A DNA stretch of 64,000 nucleotides from Octopus vulgaris (lineage: Eukaryota), in contig OX597821.1 of assembly GCA_951406725.2 (NCBI GenBank), forward strand, positions 45,880,001 to 45,944,000, given 5' to 3'. Made by a program: the position numbers and the translations under genes. Shown one piece after another: positions 56,984-64,000 of the stretch. The stretch's first letter is position 1. Every line of letters begins with the position of its first letter. Under the pieces are notes generated by a model. That model was not told the DNA's origin. It saw nothing but the letters and a program-made list of their open reading frames with translations, and searched no databases.

Positions 56984-58465
56984 CAGGAGTTGGACAAAAT
57001 AATGGAAACACCTTAAAATTTCAAACAAATTTATTTTAATATAGTTTAGGACCGCCTTTGGCATTAATTACAGCTTGAATTCTACGAGTTATAGACTCGT
57101 ACAAAGTTTGAATTGTTTCCAAAGGAATTTTTGTCCATTCTTCAGGTAAAACAGTCTCCACTTCTTGTAGTGATGATGGTGGAAGATATCGACTCCTTCC
57201 TTGTTTTTCTAAAATGCACCATAAATTTTTAATAATACTGAGATCTGGGAACTGTGGTGACCAGGTAAGATGTTCAACTTCACTAGACTGTTCCTCGTGC
57301 CATTCAGTAACAACTTTAGCTGTGTGATCTGGTGCATTATCATCCTGAAAGATTGCGTTTCGATCTGGAAACAGTACCGCAAACATAGGATGAATTTGAT
57401 CAGATAAAATGCTTAAATAGTCTTGGCTATTAATTCTGCCATGAAGGGAAACTATTGGGCCGGCGGATTTGAAGATATAGCTCCCCACCCACGATCATCA
57501 CAGATCCTCCTCCATGTTTAACATTTGGAAGAAGGCAGTCTGGGTCAAATGCTTCTTTTGACTGTCTCCACACGTATACTCAGCCGGTGGTCAGAAATAA
57601 GGTAAAGGATGACTCGTCCAAGAAAATAACATTCTTCTACTGCTCTAGGGACCATTTCTGTGGGTTTTTACTCCACTCTAAACGCTTTGCAACGTTTGTT
57701 TTTGAAAGTACTTTTTAAAATGTTTTTGCAATGATTGCAGCCCTCCCGTAAAATCCGGCTTTGTGCATCTCCTGGCGAACAGTTTTTGTGGAAACTGGGT
57801 TCTCTTGGTGGTCATTAAGCTCTGCAGTACTTTTGTGATCCTTTCTAACAATTCGCGTTAAAAGTCCGTCCAGCAGTCCCTATCTGAAAGTTTTGGTTTC
57901 CTTCGGAGGTTCTTTCCTCTTTCTTAAAGGCTGTCATTACTTTCGAGACAGTACTTCTTGATACAACAAATATTTCTCATTTCGACTGCCATACGAGGAC
58001 CAACAATTTGACCTCTTTGAAAGTCCGATAGATCTGTCATTTTAATGAATTTTAATTAACTTTTTCTGATATCTGAAAGAAACAGCAATTTTAGCAAAAC
58101 CTATTAAGCAACACTAATAATAAATAAAAAAAAAATAAAAAACAAGTTTTTGACGGTTTTATAGATACTTCAGAATTATGATGCTATGATGCTAGGTGTT
58201 TCCATTATTTTGTCCAATCCCTGTATATATATATGTATATATGTGTTTGTGTATATATATGTTTGTGTATCTGTTTGTCCCCTCACTATCGCTTGACGGC
58301 CGATATTGGTGTGTTTATCCTCCTATAACTTAACGGTTTTGCAAAAGAGACCGATAGAATAAGTACTTGGATTGCAAAGAATAAGTGCTGGAATTGATTG
58401 GTTCGACTAAAGGCGGTGCTCCAGCATGGCCGCAGTCAAATAACTGAAACAAATAAAAGAAAAGA
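56836..58465 (+). mobile_element. SINE family A split by a Tc1 insertion
   Basis: The SINE body at 56836-56933 and its tail at 58270-58465 flank the Tc1 element. Confidence 0.8.
56984..58223 (-). mobile_element. Tc1-family DNA transposon, near full length, pseudogenised
   Basis: 28-bp TIRs caggagttggacaaaataatggaaacacc / ggtgtttccattattttgtccaatccctg with TA flanks. ORF 57036-57488 has IFQDDNAPDH, WSPQFPDLSIIKNLW and RRIQAVINAKGG. Confidence 0.93.
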
Positions 58466-59044
58466 AAAACATATTCTACTCTATTCTATTTTCTCCCTCA
58501 TCTTTTTCTCCTCTACACCGTTTTCTATCTCTCTCTCTCTCTCCCTCCTCTCTCTCCCTCCTCTCTCTCCCTCCTCTCTCTCCACTTCTTTCTCTTTTTC
58601 TCTCTCTCTCATTGCTCACACGTAACTATCGTCCATCTTTCTTTCCCTCCCGTGATCATCTTTCTTTTCCTTCAGGACTGTCCTAAAGACTGGACGTATT
58701 CTATCTCTTTCGTATATCTTTTCTCTTTTCAAAGAAAATATTTTTCCAACGTTCGCTATTTTACCCTCTGGTCTAACGACCCTCCATTTCCTTGTATGTC
58801 TGCAATGTCCTGTTTTTTATGGGAGCAACTGTCTTCGAAGACCCATATTGTCGTTCAATGCTCGAAATGAGGAGTAGATAGACAGAAAACCGATGAAGGG
58901 CCGTTCTTTGTGTTACTTGTCCTGTTTTCCATTGGTTTCTCTCGCTGTTTGCATATTGAAATCAGTTGTTTTCATATTTCATGTTTACTGTTGGTGACGT
59001 CCTGTACCCATATATGCATATATGTATGTGTGTATATATTTGTG

Positions 59045-59100
<56 letters not shown>

Positions 59101-59212
59101 TTATATTGTTCTTTTATTCTTTTACTTTTTTACTTAAGTCACTTGACTGTGGCCATGCTGGAGCATCGCCTTTTGTGTTTTCATGTTTGGGTTAACTTTA
59201 TATATATATATA

Positions 59213-59244
59213 ACTTCCGAGCTGTTTCCACTTTTACTTTTTAA

Positions 59245-59339
<95 letters not shown>

Positions 59340-59378
59340 GGGAGAGTTAAAAAGTAAAAGTGGATACAGCTCAGAAGT
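59213..59378. repeat. Near-perfect palindrome centred on (TA)n
   Basis: acttccgagctgtttccacttttactttttaactctc(tc)n(ta)n(ga)n...gagagttaaaaagtaaaagtggatacagctcagaagt. Confidence 0.85.
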
Positions 59379-59780
59379 ATGTTTAAATATTATTTTAACC
59401 TTTATTCTTTAATAGGACAGGATAAGCATTTTTATATTTGTTACATTAAATGATTTTCATAAAAATATTACCGGTTTCGATGTGGATATTAATCTTATCC
59501 AATAAAAAATGTCAAAGTCAAGAATTAGGAAATAAGAATGAAAAATTGGAAATTGAAACAGTTTGTTCTCATTTTCTGTACGTAGTTATTAACATGTTTG
59601 ATATTTTCTCTTGAAGACTCCTCTTATATATACTGTTTATCTAGGGATGTAGAACGGGTTCAAGGGGGTCAAGCGTCAAATATTCTATAGAATTGAATGG
59701 CAGAATTCTTGTGTCAAAAATTCTGTTGAATGGAAACGATTTATTTTCTATTCAAAATATGTTGAGCAGTGTGCGTATGT

Positions 59781-59917
<137 letters not shown>

Positions 59918-60554
59918 CCTGAGTGTGAGTGCATGTGTGTTTCGTGTTAAATGGTAAAAAAAAGAAGTCTATTAATAGGGTTTGGAAGAAATTATTTTCC
60001 TTTCGCTTTGCAGCGCGCGTGTGAATCTATGTTGTGTTTGTGTCCGTTTTGCATTTTTGGAAATATTGTTTTGGGAAAGAATGTATTGTTGTGTCAAAGA
60101 TTCTCTTGAATTGAATTGCAGGTTTTCCTACTCAAAATATCTTCAGCTGTATGTGTTTGTCTTGTGATAAATGTTCAAATAGGTTTGAAAAAGTGATTTA
60201 AGGATGGTCGCAAATCCTTTTAAAAGGGTTTGGGAAGAAATTTTTTTTCTTCTTTTCTTTTACTTTGTGGTGTGTGTGTGTGTGTGTGTTTGTTTTCCAT
60301 GTGTGCGCGCGAGCATGTAGCTGGAACTCTCCATAACAGGTGCATATGTAAGTGCATAACAGTGCATATACAAGCATATACAACATTTGCGCGCACGCAC
60401 ACACACACACACACGGCACGAGGCGATCATTTATTTATACAGATAAATTTCCATTTTTGGAGACAGTTGAAGACTCATAAACTCAGTAAAATGATGATGA
60501 AGATGTGTAAACTATACACCCTAATTTATTGACGACTAATGGTGGATGGTTCCA

Positions 60555-61480
60555 CCTTTAATTGTGATTTATATTTGTTAATAAATTGTTTTTCTGTAAT
60601 CATTCTTTATTGTTTTGTAAAAAGGTCTGAACATTTGTAGAGAGGGAAGATTTTGAAGTTAGGTAACTCCATTCCTGCACAAACTGTAATGTGACTACTT
60701 AAAGGAATTTTCCTTGTATTTTCGTCTCCGCTCTCTTGATGGTTAACCGTTATTCTTTTGAGTAATGACACACCCATCTGTCCAATGTAGTTTTGCTGAT
60801 ATCCACCGCGTATGATTGCAAAAATTTAATTTTGTGAGTTGCAGATGAAGTTGACTTTTACTTTGAAAGTTTGGCCATCTTTAAATTTGCATTCTGGTCC
60901 ATCAGTTAGGTATAGGAAGGTGCTACACTTTGTTCTTCCACATTTTGTCACAATTAGGTTAGATAGTTGTTTTTGTGATTGTGTTCCAGTCAGAGTTTGT
61001 TTTATTGTTTTGGGCTGTCTTTTGCATTTAATGATTCGGTGTCTTTCCAGAATTTTCTTCATTTTGTTCAGATAGGATGGGCAAGCTTTTTGGATGTGTT
61101 CAAATATTTCGATGTTTTGGGTGTTAAAGGTTGAGCATATGGTAAAACATCTTTTCTTGTTGTTTGTTTTGTTGCTGTTTTTTGTTTCTTTAATTCTTGG
61201 ATATCAATATGTTTTGCCCTGTTTATGCCATTGGTGATTATACCTAGTGGGTATGCTCTTTGAGGAAGTTTGTTCTTCATTTCATCCAGCCTTTGTTCAC
61301 GTTTAGATGGGCCTGATATGGTGCATATACGCTTTGCTATGTTAAAAGGACTGATCAGTTTCATATGTTTTGGATGACATGATGTGGACAGAAGGTACTG
61401 GTTGGAGTTCGTGGGATTATAGAACATGTCTATTTCTATTCTTTCATCCATGTTTGTGATTAAAATATCCAGAAAGGCAG
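60555..61480 (-). mobile_element. Penelope-like retroelement remnant (RT C-terminus, linker, GIY-YIG endonuclease)
   Basis: PFLDILI...IDMFYNPTNSNQYLLSTSCHPKHMK...RICTIS...RAYP matches the PLE RT thumb. It is followed by a KCGRTKCST zinc-finger linker, then IFAI...NYIGQ...KRI (GIY-YIG). Frameshifted. Confidence 0.85.
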
Positions 61481-61619
61481 GGTTTTATCTTTTACTTGTA
61501 TAATTCATTGGACTGCAGTCATGCGGAAGAAACATCCTGAAGGATTTTAGTCGGATGAATCGACTCCAATGTTTATATATTTTTTTAAAGTCTGTTATTT
61601 ATTCTGTCAGTGAATCTTC

Positions 61620-62420
61620 CAATTTAAACGCATAAAAATTAACAATTTCCTGTTCAGATTTCGTTATGCCTTCATACTTGAAGTACCTAGCTACAAGGCG
61701 TTCACGATGAATAAAAGAATGAAACACTTTTCATAAGCGCAATTAATTCTACGTTTTTCCCGCTCTTGCAAGAGCATCATCTGTTGCAACACTGACAAGG
61801 TTATTCAGCGGAACACCAGCATTTTTTGAGACTCTGACTGGCGCATTTGTTATGTCAGCGTCACGAGTATTTTCAACAAACAAATAATGCTTGTTGTGGG
61901 TTGCTTAGTGTGTCGGTTGATTCATCAATCTCTAAACTAAATGCAAGAGATTTTTAAAAATCATTTTGCATTTTGGTTTGCAACGTCAGCACTGATTTAA
62001 GAGATACACCTATCTGTGGTGTGGCGTGGATCCACATTGCAACAAGTGCAGTTATATTCTTTTTGACAAAATCGCCATCAAAATATGGGCGTTTAGTACG
62101 AGCAATGTTCCCTTACATAAAACTTCAATCGTTGCTTTGGCTTTCTTGCTGAATGTTTTCAACAGCGCCTGCGGGCTATTTGGTGATATGCTTTTTAACG
62201 CTTAATTTGTTTTACCTTAATTCTGATTTAGGTAGATAATCATGCGAAAAGGCTTTGTGATATGTTTCACACTGGCGATTCAAGTTGTTGGCTTTGTAAT
62301 GAAACATGGCAAATAAGGCCCACAGGTTTACCTCTTTTATTGATGAATGCAAAATCTTTCTCTCACTTCGCCTTAAAATTTCTACTTTCATCTTCGTATC
62401 TTCATTTCTTACAAGTTTGT
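61620..62420 (-). mobile_element. hAT (Charlie/Buster/SPIN, GTF2IRD2-like) transposase remnant
   Basis: Manual minus-strand translation gives FAFINKRGKPVGLICH...KANNLNRQCETYH (BED-like), KRPYFDGDFVK, LVSVATDDA and FIHRERLVA...EIVNF. Heavily decayed. Confidence 0.6.
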
Positions 62421-62963
62421 GATGCCATCTTTGTTCGCAAAATTTTCACACACACTTGTAAATGGAACTTATATCCAAAATCTACCAACAAGGTATGAAC
62501 GGTCGATCGGTTTGTATTAAACTTTGTTAATATATACTCTTTTACTTGTTTCAGTCATTTGACTGTGGCCATGCTGGAACACCGCCTTTAGTCGAGCAAA
62601 TCTACCCGTAGTAATGTCAATGGTTTCATTCAAGAGTAGAAAATAAATGTACATTATATGATATTCATTCTGCTCCGAAAGCCAGCAGCAGCATCGAAGA
62701 AGAAAATCAGTACCAAACATTAATATTAAATGACAACTGATTTATAAAAAGCTTACCTCAATCTCAAGTCATCGTATTAGAGTTTGGTCTAACTATTCCG
62801 GCAAAGACGAATTAACGAAAAAAATTTCTAAAATGTAAACGTTAGTAGCTAATAGATCTCCCTCCTTAGTATGTATAAATAGATTAACTTGGAATTTCAC
62901 TCCATAACTCGAATATATTAACATAAACTTTTTTTATTTATTGCATGATTTATTACTCATTTC

Positions 62964-63454
<491 letters not shown>

Positions 63455-63756
63455 ATTATTTAGAATACTTTATGATTTCATGCGATATAAAACAAATACC
63501 ATTCTGCATTGTTTAACCGTCCAGAAAAGCCTTTAACCATACCACTGGCAAACAGTATAAATAACCTGCATACAAGGGTAAAAAAAGCAGAGTGTATTAA
63601 GTTCATGATAGAAAATAGGAGAAATTATAAGAGAATGTCTTATACATTTCGAGCTAAAGCTCTTCTTCTGAAAGAATAAAAGAAAGAATGGAAAAAAATG
63701 GAGAAAGAACAGAAAACACGGGTGTCTGTTAAACGGTCTCGGCAATTTGAAGTATA

Positions 63757-63888
<132 letters not shown>

Positions 63889-64000
63889 CATATATACCAG
63901 GGATCGTCTAACCACTTTTTACGAGACGCACACAGTTGTTTGACCGTTAATATGTGTGGATCATGGGAATATATTGGCTGAGCTCTTTTTTATTACAGTA

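Overview
AT-rich, microsatellite-saturated eukaryotic DNA. The SINE families and repeat landscape look like an octopus (coleoid cephalopod) genome; this is an inference. Nearly all short ORFs in the supplied track are microsatellite artefacts. One real gene is present on the + strand: the 3' part of a BMI1/PCGF4/Psc-type Polycomb (PRC1) subunit. It has four small exons that the ORF track does not resolve (40281-40395, 44113-44161, 45367-45465, 49512-49592), encoding the RAWUL domain region. These splice in frame onto a 3.8-kb terminal exon (50057-53857). That exon encodes a ~1250-aa low-complexity tail built from an 8-aa repeat that switches from acidic (S/T-P-E-H-I-Q-Q-D) to basic (S-P-R/K-H-x-Q-Q-S). 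The RING exons were not found and probably lie upstream of the window. The rest is transposon debris: at least three tRNA-derived SINE families, four mariner remnants, one Tc1, a CR1-like LINE, a Penelope RT/GIY-YIG remnant, a hAT remnant and a Helitron end. The most unexpected signal is a set of type-I hammerhead ribozyme motifs in several unrelated short repeat families. Several carry a CCGACGA core variant and several sit in the loop of long fold-back elements.
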